Source: an uncultured Actinomycetota bacterium
GTDB taxonomy: Bacteria > Actinomycetota > Actinomycetes > Propionibacteriales > Nocardioidaceae
DNA: 64,000 nt
Direction: 5' to 3'
Assembly: GCA_963707755.1 (NCBI GenBank)
Contig: CAVPRC010000008.1
Span: 191,903 to 255,902 of the forward strand
Below are positions 47,180 through 56,947 of the stretch, piece after piece; positions within the stretch are counted from its first letter, which is position 1; every line of letters starts with the position of its first letter. Position numbers and translations under genes: made by a program. The notes under the pieces are model-generated. The model had not been told where the DNA came from, searched no databases, and worked only from the letters and a program-made list of their open reading frames with translations.

Positions 47180-47361
47180 CGTCGCCGGTCGTCGCGGGTG
47201 CGGAAGAAGTCGCCGGGTTCCAGGTCCCCGTCCAGGAACCGGCCGACGACGAAGCCGATGGCGCCCAGCGCCGCCACCAGCAGGAAGGCGCCGAAGCCGC
47301 CGAAGTATCCGGCGAACCCCAGCGCCATGCCGGCGATCAGGCCGACCACGGCCATGCTCAT
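47176..47361 (-). CDS. DUF2273-like small membrane protein
   Basis: 61 aa, two Gly-rich TM helices (VVGLIAGMALGFAGYFGGFGAFLLVAALGAIGFVVG). The usual partner of Asp23 genes. Confidence 0.7.
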   Translation of the reverse strand: MSMAVVGLIAGMALGFAGYFGGFGAFLLVAALGAIGFVVGRFLDGDLEPGDFFRTRDDRRR

Positions 47362-47404
47362 CGGCGCTCCCTCACGGTCCCTGAGCCGATGCGGCCGCTC
47401 CGGC

Positions 47405-47832
47405 TCACTGGAGCCGGGACTCCGGCTCCTCGTCGTCCTCGTCGGGCAGCTTCACGTCGCTGACCGCGATGTTGACCTCGACGACCTCCAGGCCGGTCAT
47501 CCGCTCGACCGCCGCGATGACGTTCTCCCGGACGGCCCGCGCCACGTCGCGGATCGACACGCCGTAGTCGACGACGATCTCCAGGTCGAGGGCCGTCTGC
47601 ACCTCGCCGACCTCGGCCTTCACCCCGCGGGTGACGCGACTTCGCCGCCGCCGGGCACCCGGTCGCGGACGGCGCCGAAGGTGCGGCGAGAGCGCCGCTG
47701 CCCATGGCGTGGACGCCGACCACGTCGCGGGCGGCGAGTCCGGCGATCTTCTCGACCACCCCGTCGGCGATGGTGGTGCGGCCGCGGTCGGCCGGGTTGC
47801 GGGAGGCGCCCCCGGATGTCGGATTCGGTCAT
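47405..47832 (-). pseudogene. Asp23/Gls24-family envelope stress protein, 3 frame breaks
   Basis: MTESDIRG | ASRNPADRGRTTIADGVVEKIAGLAARDVVGVHAMGSGA | RTFGAVRDRVPGGGEVA | TRGVKAEVGEVQTALDLEIVVDYGVSIRDVA... are in alternating frames. Confidence 0.7.
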
Positions 47833-47941
47833 CGCGTGTCCCTTCGCGCGGATCGGACTCACTCCGCACCACGGTAAGCGCGGTGCCGCGGCGGCGCGCC
47901 GGGACTACGCCGGTCGGCCGGGAACGGATTCCTGTCACCGC

Positions 47942-47972
47942 TTGACCTCAACCGCGGTTGAGGTCCGAGAGT
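47942..47972 (+). promoter_or_regulatory. MerR/SoxR-type promoter candidate (palindrome inside a 19-nt spacer)
   Basis: TTGACC-19 nt-GAGAGT. The spacer holds ACCTCAA-CCGCGG-TTGAGGT, which matches the SoxR box ACCTCAA-N6-TTGAGGT. It lies 70 nt upstream of the quinone oxidoreductase start. Confidence 0.45.
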
Positions 47973-48041
47973 GGGATGCAGTGATCAAGGCCGAAAGCGA
48001 GGCGCGTTTGTCGGAGGTCGAGCGTCGACGAGGGGGATGTC

Positions 48042-49002
48042 ATGCGGGCGATACGGGTGGACGGGTACGGCGGTCCGGAGGTCCTGGTGCCGGTGCGAAC
48101 TGGCGGATCCGGTGCCGGGGGCGGGCGAGGTGGTCGTCCGGGCCGAGGCCGTGGACACGATCTTCGTGGAGACCCAGATCCGCGGGGGCTGGGGCGAGTC
48201 CTTCGGCGTCCGACCCGCCGTACGTGCCGGGCGGCGCGGCCGCGGGGACGGTCGTCGCGGTGGGCGAGGGGGTGGACCCGGGCTGGCAGGGCCGCCGGGT
48301 GGTGGCGCGCCCCGGGGACGAAGGGGACGTACGCGGAACTGGTCCGGGTCCCGGTGGAGCTGCTGGTCCCGGTCCCGGACGGGGCTGGAGTCGGCGGAGG
48401 CGGCGGCGCTGGCGCACGACGGGGTGACCGGCTCGGGCATCGTCGAGGGCGTCGGCATCAAGCGCGGGCGACCGGGTGCTGATCCTGGGCGCGGCCGGCG
48501 GGATGGGGACGCTGCTGGTGCAGATCGCGGTGGCGGCGGGGGCGTACGTGGTGGGGGCGGCGCGGGGCGAGCGGAAGCTGGCGCTGATCCGGGAGCTGGG
48601 CGCCGACCGGGCGGTGGACTACACGGAGCCGGGCTGGACCGAGGCGGTCGGCGGGCCGGTGGACGTCCTGCTGGACGGGGTCGGCGGCGAGCTGGGCCTG
48701 GCCGGGTTCGGGCTGGTCCGCGGACGGCGGGCGGGTCTCGGCGCACGGCGCCCCCAGCGGCGGCTTCACCGAGCTGGACCCGGCGGAGGCGGAGCGGCGC
48801 GCGATCGCCCTGCGCGGGATCGCGGACGTCCAGTTCCCGCCGGCGGAGATCACCCGGCCTGGCGGGCCACGCCCTGGCCGAGGCGGCGGCCGGGCGGCTC
48901 CGCCCGGTGATCGCGCGCACGTTCCCGCTGGCGGAGGCCGCGCAGGCGCACCGCGCGATCGAAGCCCGCGAGATCCCGGGCAAGGCCCTGCTGATCCCCT
49001 GA
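48042..49002 (+). pseudogene. NADPH:quinone oxidoreductase (zinc-binding dehydrogenase family), many frame breaks
   Basis: MRAIRVDGYGGPEVLVPV | ELADPVPGAGEVVVRAEAVDTIFVETQIRGG | ...GTYAELVRVPVELLVPVPDG | ...VLILGAAGGMGTLLVQIAVAAGAYVVGAA... | ...RLRPVIARTFPLAEAAQAHRAIEAREIPGKALLIP are spread over all three frames. Confidence 0.75.
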
Positions 49003-49076
49003 CGCCGGACCCGCCGGCGGTCGGCGCGGGGCACCCCCGGTGCCGGCAGCCCCCGGAACCGGCGCCGGCCCGCAGG

Positions 49077-49871
49077 TCAGTCCGTGAGGCCGGCCAGGTC
49101 GCGCAGCCGGCGGGCCTGGGCGGCGCGCTCCGCCGGCGCGCTGCTCGTCGTACGTGCGGGACCCTGCACCGCGGAGCAGCGCCTTGGTCTCGATGACGGC
49201 GTCGCGCGGCGCGGCGAGCAGCGCCGCGGCCAGGTCCCGGACCGCGGCGTCGAGCTCGTCGGCCGGCACGACGAGGTTGGCGAGGCCGATGCGCTCGGCC
49301 TCCTCGGCGTGGACGAAGCGGCCGGTGGCGCAGATCTCCAGCGCGCGGGCGTAGCCGACGAGGTCGACCAGCGGCTGGGTGCCGGTGAGGTCGGGCACCA
49401 GGCCGAGGCTGGTCTCGCGCATGGCGAACTGCACGTCGTCGGCGACGACCCGCAGGTCGCAGGCGAGGGCGAGCTGGAAGCCGGCGCCGATCGCATGGCC
49501 CTGCACGGCGGCGATCGGACACGATGTCGTTGCGCCGCCACCAGGTGAACGCCTCCTGGTACTCGGCGATGGTCGCGTCGAGCTCGGCGTCGGAGCCGCG
49601 CGCCAGGTCGAGGAAGGACGGCTCGCCGTCGAAGCCCTCGGGCGTGAACGCCTGCCGGTCGAGGCCGGCGGAGAAGGACTTGCCCTCGGCGCGCAGCACG
49701 ACGACCCGCACGGTGCCCGGCAGCGAGCCGGCCGGCCTCGGCCAGCGCCCGCCACAGAGCGGGAGACTGGGCGTTGCGCTTGGCCGGGTTGGTCAGCGTC
49801 ACCGTGGCGACCGCGTCGTCGACGGTGAGCCGTACGCCGTCCTTGTCGAGCACGGAGTCGAGCGAGGTCAT
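49077..49871 (-). pseudogene. enoyl-CoA hydratase/isomerase family protein, several frame breaks
   Basis: VATVTLTNPAKRNAQSPALW | VVVLRAEGKSFSAGLD | IAAVQGHAIGAGFQLALACDLRVV...RETSLGLVPD are in different frames. Confidence 0.75.
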
Positions 49872-50013
49872 GGGGCGCCTCCGGATCGGGTGCAGTCAGC
49901 AGCGACTCGGCACTAAGTGACTGCACAGTAACCACCCGGTCGACCCGCCGACCGACCGGGTGGTCACCGATCCGATGAGCCGGCGACGTGGCCGCCGAGG
50001 TCGACGCCGGCCG

Positions 50014-50274
50014 TCAGGCCGAGGCGGCCTTCTTGCCCCGCGTCGCTCCGCCGCGACCACGCAGCGTGACCCCGGACTCGCTGAGCATCCGGTGCACGAA
50101 TCCGTAGGAGCGGCCGGTTTCCTCGGCCAGCGCCCGGATGCTCGCACCGGAGTCGTACTTCTTCTTCAGGTCTGCCGCGAGCTTGTCGCGCGCGGCGCCG
50201 GTTACCCGGCTGCCCTTCTTCAGAGTCTCGGCCACCCGTGCCTCCTCATGGGAAGTGCGCTCTGGACTTCTCAT
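50014..50274 (-). CDS. small conserved helix-turn-helix protein
   Basis: 86 aa. LAADLKKKYDSGASIRALAEETGRSYGFVHRMLSESGVTLRGRGG is an HTH pattern. Confidence 0.7.
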   Translation of the reverse strand: MRSPERTSHEEARVAETLKKGSRVTGAARDKLAADLKKKYDSGASIRALAEETGRSYGFVHRMLSESGVTLRGRGGATRGKKAASA

Positions 50275-50609
50275 GATCACCCCTCCGCGGCTTCCTGGCC
50301 ACCCATTCGGCAAGGTCCGTACGACAAGGTTTCGACGACAGGAGCGCGTCCGCACGAGCGGAATCCGCGATTCCGGCCGATGCCGTCCGTACAGTCCGAA
50401 CGGGTTCATCGGCGAAAGCGCCAGGTCAGGCGACGTCGACGACGGCCGAGCCCTGGCCGACGACGGGCTCGGCCGTGAGATCGATCGTAGCGACACACCG
50501 CGGTACGAGGCAGATCTCACTCAGATGATGGATCACGCGCTGGGCCGAATGATCCATACGGCAGTGGATCAGCCGGTCGATCACGCGGCGCCGGCACGCC
50601 GCCGGCGGG

Positions 50610-52013
50610 TCAGGCGAGGGCGACCAGGTCCGCGTAGTCCGGCGCCCCACAGGTCCTCGACGCCGTCCGGGCAGCAGGATGATCCGCTCCGGCTGGAGCG
50701 CCTCGACGGCGCCCTCGTCGTGGGTGACGAGGACGACCGCGCCCTTGTAGGTGCGCAGCGCGCCGAGGATCTCCTCGCGGCTGGCCGGGTCGAGGTTGTT
50801 GGTCGGCTCGTCGAGCAGCAGCACGTTGGCGCGAGGAGACGACCAGGGTGGCGAGCGCGAGCCGGGTCTTCTCGCCGCCGGAGAGCACCCCGGCCGGCTT
50901 GTCGACGTCGTCGCCGGAGAACAGGAACGAGCCGAGCGTCTTGCGGACCTCGACCAGGTCGAGGTCGGGCGCGGCGGAGCGCATGTTCTCCAGGACCGTG
51001 CGCTCCGGGTCGAGCGTCTCGTGCTCCTGCGCGTAGTAGCCGAGCTTGAGGCCGTGGCCCGGGATGACCTCGCCGGTGTCCGGCTTCTCGACGCCCGCCG
51101 AGCAGCCGCAGCAGGGTGGTCTTGCCGGCGCCGTTGAGGCCGAGGATGACGACCCGGGAGCCCTTGTCGATGGCCAGGTCGACGTCGGTGAAGATCTCCA
51201 GCGAGCCGTACGACTTCGACAGGCCCTCGGCCATCAGCGGGGTCTTGCCGCAGGGCGCGGGCTCGGGGAAGCGCAGCTTGGCGACCTTGTCGGAGGCGCG
51301 CACCGCCTCCAGGCCGGCGAGCAGCCGCTCGGCGCGGCGTGGCCATGTTCTGCGCGGCGACGGTCTTGGTGGCCTTGGCGCGCATCTTGTCGGCCTGCGA
51401 GTTGAGGGCGGCGGCCTTCTTCTCGGCGTTCTGCGCGCTCGCGCTTGCGGCGCTTCTCGTCGGCCTCGCGCTGCTGCTGGTAGAGCTTCCAGCCCATGTT
51501 GTAGACGTCGATCTGGGAGCGGTTGGCGTCCAGGTAGAAGACCTTGTTGACGACCGTCTCGACCAGGTCGACGTCGTGGGAGATCACGATGAAGCCGCCG
51601 CGGTAGGTCTTCAGGTAGTCGCGCAGCCAGACGATCGAGTCGGCGTCGAGGTGGTTCGTCGGCTCGTCGAGCAGCAGGGTGTCGGCGTCGGAGAAGAGGA
51701 TGCGGGCCAGCTCGACACGGCGGCGCTGACCGCCGGAGAGGGTGTGCAGCGGCTGGCCGAGCACCCGGTCGGGCAGGCCGAGCGCGGCGGCGATGGTGGC
51801 GGCCTCGGCCTCGGCGGCGTAGCCGCCCTTGGTGAGGAACTCCGTCTCCAGGCGCTCGTACTGCTTCATCGCCTTCTCGCGGGTGGCGCGGTGTCGGGTT
51901 CGGTGTCGAACACCGGCACGACGAGATGTAGACTTCGCGCAGCTGCGCCCCAGCGGGGCTTCGCTGAACAGTATTGCCTGCCGGATCTGGGCGAGCACCG
52001 CGCGTCGTATCTT
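50610..52013 (-). pseudogene. ABC-F family ATPase, multiply frame-broken and lacking its 5' (NBD1 Walker A) part
   Basis: LSGGQRRRVELARILF, LLLDEPTNHLD, the linker QQQREADEKRRKRER, GLNGAGKTTLLRLL, LSGGEKTRLALA and ...DGVEDLWGADYADLVALA* are read across frames. No first Walker A lies upstream. An in-frame TAA is at 52014-52016. Confidence 0.75.
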
Positions 52014-52048
52014 TTAGCTGACGGCCGTGTTGCTGACGACGGCTCCAT

Positions 52049-53071
52049 CCAGGTGTCCGACAGCGTGAAGCCGGTAGGGAAGGGGTCGCTCGGGTCGACG
52101 CCGACCTTGCTGAAGTCGGTGATCCAGGCCTGACCCGCAATGCTTGGCACGACGGCGGCGACGTCGCCGACGGTCGTCAGGCTCTCGATGACGCCGTCGA
52201 AGTGAGTATCCAGGATCGAATTGTGGATGAAGTGTTCACCGGGGCTAATCTGGCCACGGGCGTGTACGATCGCGAGCCGCGCCGACGTTCCGGTGCCGCA
52301 GGCGGTTCGGTCAATGCGGCCCGGCGAGACGATGACCGCGTTTCGACCGGTCAAGACGTCGTTGATTCGCTGCACCGGGGTCGTGAACTCAGTTTGGGTG
52401 ATTCCGGGAAATCGGGGTGGACCGGGTGAACGGCGGACAAGCTGTTCAGCGGCCGCAGCTTGATCGCTGTCCGACAACGCAGAGGTCACGCGCTTCGGAC
52501 GGCTTAATCTCGAATCCGACACTGGCGGCGTCGACCAGCACGTAGGCCATACCTCCCCATGCGACGTCGACGGTCAGCGCCCCGATGCCGGGCACGTCGA
52601 TGGGGGCGTCGAGGTGGTAGACGAACGCCGGCTGGTTGCGAATCGGACACTGGTGACTTTGCCGTCGCGGCAGGTGCACTTCAGGCGATGAGCCCGGCCG
52701 GCGACTCGAGCGTCAGCGGGTGACCGGCTCGGTCATCGGCACCATGCCAGTCTCAAGCAGTACGGTGGCCACACAAATGGTGTTGCTGCCTGACATGACC
52801 GGGTACTCGGTGGACTCCATGATGACGTAGCCCATTGCCGCCGCGGGGTTGCTGGATGGCAGTACGACGTTGGTGGAGCGGACGACGTTGCCGCGGGGCT
52901 CGTGGAGCAGTCGCTGGCGGAGGTCGTCGCGGTGATCTTGCAGGTAGTTGCGCTTGTCGAGCATGGTCGTCGCCGGGGACATCGCCGATACCGCCCACCA
53001 CGACGTTTCCGATCTCGCCGCCTCGGCGTGGCACCGACGACGTCGACCAGGTTATTGAATGCATGCGCCAC
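52049..53071 (-). pseudogene. proline racemase / 4-hydroxyproline epimerase family gene, several frame breaks
   Basis: GEIGNVVVGGIGDVPG | TMLDKRNYLQDHRDDLRQRLLHEPRGN...MSGSNTICVATVLLETG | VDVAWGGMAYVLVDA | SPGRIDRTACGTGTSARLA...DPFPTGFTLSDTW. GTG 53071 follows AAGGA. Confidence 0.7.
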
Positions 53072-53809
53072 CTGTCCTTTGCGCTCTAGCTGGCGTCTTC
53101 GATGTGACTGCTGCGGCGCCACTGTGGGCCGGCGCTGCAGGCGCTGACCCGATAGTCGAACGCTTTGACCGTAACGATAGCCGTGGCGAGGGCCTCTTGG
53201 TGTCCGTGCGTACGGTCGCCGCGACGTCGCCGGGTACGGCCGTTGGGGCGGGCGGCATGCCCCTTGCGCCGGCAGCCGGAACCGCAGGTTTTCAGCCGCG
53301 CCCCTACGGGTGTGAGAGCGGCCCGATTGACGACCCTTGCCTGTGAGTATGCGTCGACCAGCCGGATGTCGTGGCGAATTCGTACCGGCCGTGCTGTCAT
53401 CGGCGGTTCTGGGAGCCGTGCTTTTCTTGGCCATGATCACCGAGCACGACCGTGATCTACACAAGATGAGCGATCATTCGATGCGCCGTTTCGCCTCGGC
53501 TGCTCCACAACTGGTCGTTGTTGAAGGCCGCGACCGGTGCAGTTTCCTCCTTCTTCAATTACCCGCTGAAACTTGAAGTGGTCCTGTCGAATACGTACGA
53601 CTTGTGGTTCGCGCCGTGGCCGTCCAGATCGAAATCACCGGCCTGGGTGCGACGCGGGCCGATTCGTTCAAGATTGCAGGTCGACAAAATGACTCGCGTG
53701 ACCCACCGCCCGATGTCGTAACGGCGCTTGTCGTTGTTTGATCTGCGAATTGGCTGGAATCGGTAATGTATTGCCTTTCTACATGCTGCCGTTGCGACAG
53801 GAGGCGAGG

Positions 53810-54916
53810 ATGGAGATCGTCGGTGCCGACGTCTTTGACTACCGGTTGAACTACGCCCACGGGGAGTACGTGATGTCGGGCGGGCGGGCAGCCCTGTTTC
53901 AGGTGGGCACTCTGGTGAGACTGCGCACGGATGACGGGGTGGACGGCTGGGGTGAGATCACCCCTCTGGGCAGCACCTACTTACCCACGTCGCCGGGCGT
54001 AGTTCGAGCGGGGCTTGCCGAGATACTCCCCGGGTTGGTCGGGTTGGATCCGACGAACATTTCAGCGGTGAACCGGGTCATGGACGGCACCCTGCTGGGA
54101 AATGGTTACGCCAAGAGCGCGGTCGACATCGCCTGCTGGGACCTGCTCGGCAAGGTCGCCGGCCTGCCAATCTCGGCATTGCTAGGGGGCGTACTGCAGG
54201 AGGACTTCCCGATCTATGAGGCGGTGCCGCTCGGCAGCCCACAGTGCATGGCCGACTTCATCACCACCCGCCGTGCGGCCGGCATCACCCGCTTTCAGCT
54301 GAAGGTCGGCAACCGGCCCGATGATGACATTGCCCGCACCCAGGCCTGCGCCGAAGCCGGTGAAGGCAAGACAGTGATCATCGCTGACTCCAACGGGGGC
54401 TGGAACATCCTCGATGCGCAGTTGGCGTTGTGCCGCATGGAAGACCTGCCGATATACATCGAACAGCCTTGCCGCACAACACAAGACAGCATCATCGCGC
54501 ACCGCGACTGCCGGCTGCCGCTGGTACTCGACGAGTCGGTCACCAACGCGACTGAGCTGTTTGAGGCCAAGACCGTAGCCGGTGCAATATCGGTCAATAT
54601 CAAGATCAGCCGGGTGGGCGGCCTGACAAAAGCGGTACGGATGCGGGATCTGATGCAGGAACTCAACATGATGGTGTCGGTGGAGGACATGTGGGGTGGC
54701 GACGTCATCACGGCGGCCGTGAGTCACATCGCCGCCAGCACTCGCCCCGAGAACCTACTGAACACCTCGTTCTTCAACGATTGGACCGACGGCCACATCG
54801 CTGGTTACATGCCGCGCTCGAACAATGGGCGGGGATCGGCCCCCACCGGCCCGGGTCTGGGTATCACGGTCGATGCGAAGGCTCTTGGTGAGCCCATCTT
54901 CACCACCGCCGGCTGA
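53810..54916 (+). CDS. enolase-superfamily enzyme (mandelate racemase/muconate lactonizing family)
   Basis: Intact 368-aa ORF. AKSAVDIACWDLLGK, FQLKVG, ADSNGGW, IEQP, LDES are the metal/acid-base motifs. RBS GGAGGCGAGG. Confidence 0.8.
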   Translation: MEIVGADVFDYRLNYAHGEYVMSGGRAALFQVGTLVRLRTDDGVDGWGEITPLGSTYLPTSPGVVRAGLAEILPGLVGLDPTNISAVNRVMDGTLLGNGYAKSAVDIACWDLLGKVAGLPISALLGGVLQEDFPIYEAVPLGSPQCMADFITTRRAAGITRFQLKVGNRPDDDIARTQACAEAGEGKTVIIADSNGGWNILDAQLALCRMEDLPIYIEQPCRTTQDSIIAHRDCRLPLVLDESVTNATELFEAKTVAGAISVNIKISRVGGLTKAVRMRDLMQELNMMVSVEDMWGGDVITAAVSHIAASTRPENLLNTSFFNDWTDGHIAGYMPRSNNGRGSAPTGPGLGITVDAKALGEPIFTTAG

Positions 54917-55048
54917 CACCGAGCCACATGTTTGATCTCAAACGTATGGGACAGTCCACTGCCGCAGGATCGACTGCGGCCGACGGCACGCCGAGTTCCG
55001 AACGGAAACCGGCGAATACTCGATCATGGACACCGGCAGCCTCAACGG

Positions 55049-55630
55049 AACCCCTTCTTCGCCCTGGGCACCTTCTCTCCGCGGGTGATGGAATCGCTGG
55101 GAGTGATCAGCAAACTCGGCGCCGGAGCCGCCTACAACGCCTTCCTGCTCATCGGAGCACTGTTGGGACTGCTGGTGATCGACCGAATCTCACGGCGCAC
55201 GTTCCTGATCGGGACCTTCTTCCTCGGAGCCGCCCTGCTGATGGCACTTGTCGTGCTCGCCGACGTGAGCCCGGTTCTGGCCGTAAGTCTGTTCGCATCC
55301 TTCGCGCTTGTGCTTGCCGCAGCAGTGAATCTCGAGTTCGTTTATCCACCCGAGCTCTTTCCCACCGACTTACGGGCGTCCGGTGTCGGAATCGCGACAG
55401 CCGCCAGTCGAATCGGATCGGCGGCCAGTACATTCCTGCTGCCGATCGTCGTGGCCACCTTCAGCATCAACGTGGCGCTCATCGCGTGCGTCGTCGTCCT
55501 GGCCATCGGTGGCCTCATCTGCTGGGCCTGGGCCCCCGAAACCGGTACCGAGTCGCTGGGCGAGGTCGCCGAACAGGTGCAGCACGAAACCGATGACCAC
55601 ACACACCACACTGTCCAGCAGTGCCGGTAA
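55049..55630 (+). pseudogene. MFS (sugar-porter-like) transporter, C-terminal half only
   Basis: FFALGTFSP...VIDRISRRTF...YPPELFPTDLRASGVGIATAASRIGSA...PETGTESL corresponds to about TM7-12. No N-terminal half is present upstream. Confidence 0.6.
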
Positions 55631-55779
55631 CGACACCCACACGAAAGCGGCACCCCAAAACGGGTGCCCCTCTTTCGTCGTGCAACACCGCCCTGCGCGA
55701 TGTCCACCGACGCCCGGTCCCGTAAACGCCCCAAGCAGAGGCGAGTTGGCAATGAAGGACCGCTGGGAGCGTTGATGGG

Positions 55780-56205
55780 TCGCGACGCACTCATTAATCA
55801 TCAGGCGATTGCGTACTGCGAGCGTGCGATCGCAGAACCGCGCGGCGAGGTTGTGTACCGGTCGTATTCGCTGTGGACGATGGCGCTTGTTATGTGACAA
55901 CAGAACGCTCCGATCCACGCGGCCGAAGTACTCGAGCAGTGCCTGCAACTCACACGTCACGTCGAGGACCCGCTCGGAACCGCCTGGTGCATAGAAACAT
56001 TGGCCTGGACCACTACCGGAGACAACGACGGCGAACGCTCTGCTGTCCTGCTCGGAGCTGCGGAAAGACTGCGACAAACGGTGGGAAATCCACGGGTCGC
56101 CGGTTACGCCCTCCGGCAGTGAAATTGGTCAAGTTCGACCTGTTCGGCGCCAAGGTCGGCGATCGCCTCGACGCCGTTCACCGGGCTGGGGGTCGTTGCA
56201 GGTAG
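55780..56205 (+). pseudogene. remnant of a TPR-containing (LuxR/AfsR-type) regulator C-terminus
   Basis: ...YRSYSLWTMALVM*QQNAPIHAAEVLEQCLQLTRHVEDPLGTAWCIETLAW...AVLLGAAERLRQTVGNP has an in-frame TGA and a later frame change. No N-terminal domains are present. Confidence 0.3.
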
Positions 56206-56258
56206 AGATCGTCGAAGGCCGCTCGTGACGCCGAAGGACAGCGGGAATTGAGGGCGAC

Positions 56259-56924
56259 TCAGCCGCCGGCTTCAAGGACCGCCGTCAGCACCTGCAGCGC
56301 GCGGTCCCGGTGTGCGTCGAGTTCCGCGACGACCTCGTCAGTGGCACGGCGGCGGACGGCGTCGAGGATCTTCTCGTGCGCATCTACGGTGGTGGCGCGT
56401 TCCTCGGGCGAGTTGTAATACATCGCGCGATAGGCCTCGGTGGATTCCCAGAGCAGCTGGATCAGGCGCATCGTGTGCGGGTGATCCGGCGACTCAAATA
56501 TGCCGAAATGAAACCGGCGGTTCGCCGCCAACTCTGCGGCGACGTCACCGCGCCCGGCCGCCTCGGCGCAGTCGCGCGCGGCCAGCGCGATCAGCTCCAC
56601 GGCGTCGTCGTCCAGAGCCGGCAGTGCCAGCCGCACCGCCCGCTCCTCCAGCAGCTGCCGCAGCGCGTAGATCTCCACGAGGTCCTCGGCGCGAAGCTCC
56701 GTGATGAAATAGCCGCGCCGGGGCCGGTAAACGACCTGACCTTCCTGCTCGAGCGCGCGCAACGCTTCCCGCACCGGGGCCACGCTGACACCGAGGTTTT
56801 CGGCGATGTCCTCCTGCAGGATTCGCTGTCCCGGGCGGAACTCACCCGCCACGATGGCCCGGCGCAGCCCGTCGAGGGCGTGCTGCGCTGTCGTTCCGGG
56901 GCCGCCTTGGCGCATCGTCATCAT
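56259..56924 (-). CDS. GntR-family (FadR/FCD subfamily) transcriptional regulator
   Basis: LRRAIVAGEFRPGQRILQEDIAENLGVSVAPVREALRALEQEG (wHTH) plus a helical FCD-type C-terminal domain. Confidence 0.85.
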   Translation of the reverse strand: MMTMRQGGPGTTAQHALDGLRRAIVAGEFRPGQRILQEDIAENLGVSVAPVREALRALEQEGQVVYRPRRGYFITELRAEDLVEIYALRQLLEERAVRLALPALDDDAVELIALAARDCAEAAGRGDVAAELAANRRFHFGIFESPDHPHTMRLIQLLWESTEAYRAMYYNSPEERATTVDAHEKILDAVRRRATDEVVAELDAHRDRALQVLTAVLEAGG

Positions 56925-56947
56925 CGCGACTCTAGCGGTGGCCGCGG

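Noticed and set aside
50426-50596. 56-codon minus-strand ORF (VIDRLIHCRMDHSAQRVIHHLSEICLVPRCVATIDLTAEPVVGQGSAVVDVA) just downstream of ABC-F
   Set aside because: It has no recognisable family or clear RBS and lies in the indel-dense zone, so it could be a fragment of something else.
53072-53809. Short ORFs and protein-like scraps (e.g. MAKKSTAPRTADDSTA..., MTARPVRIRHDIRLVDAYSQ..., ...GDFDLDGHGANHKSYVFDRTTSSFSG*) in the low-G+C spacer
   Set aside because: I could not assign them to any family. They are frames mixed on both strands and are probably gene remnants, so they are not reported as features.
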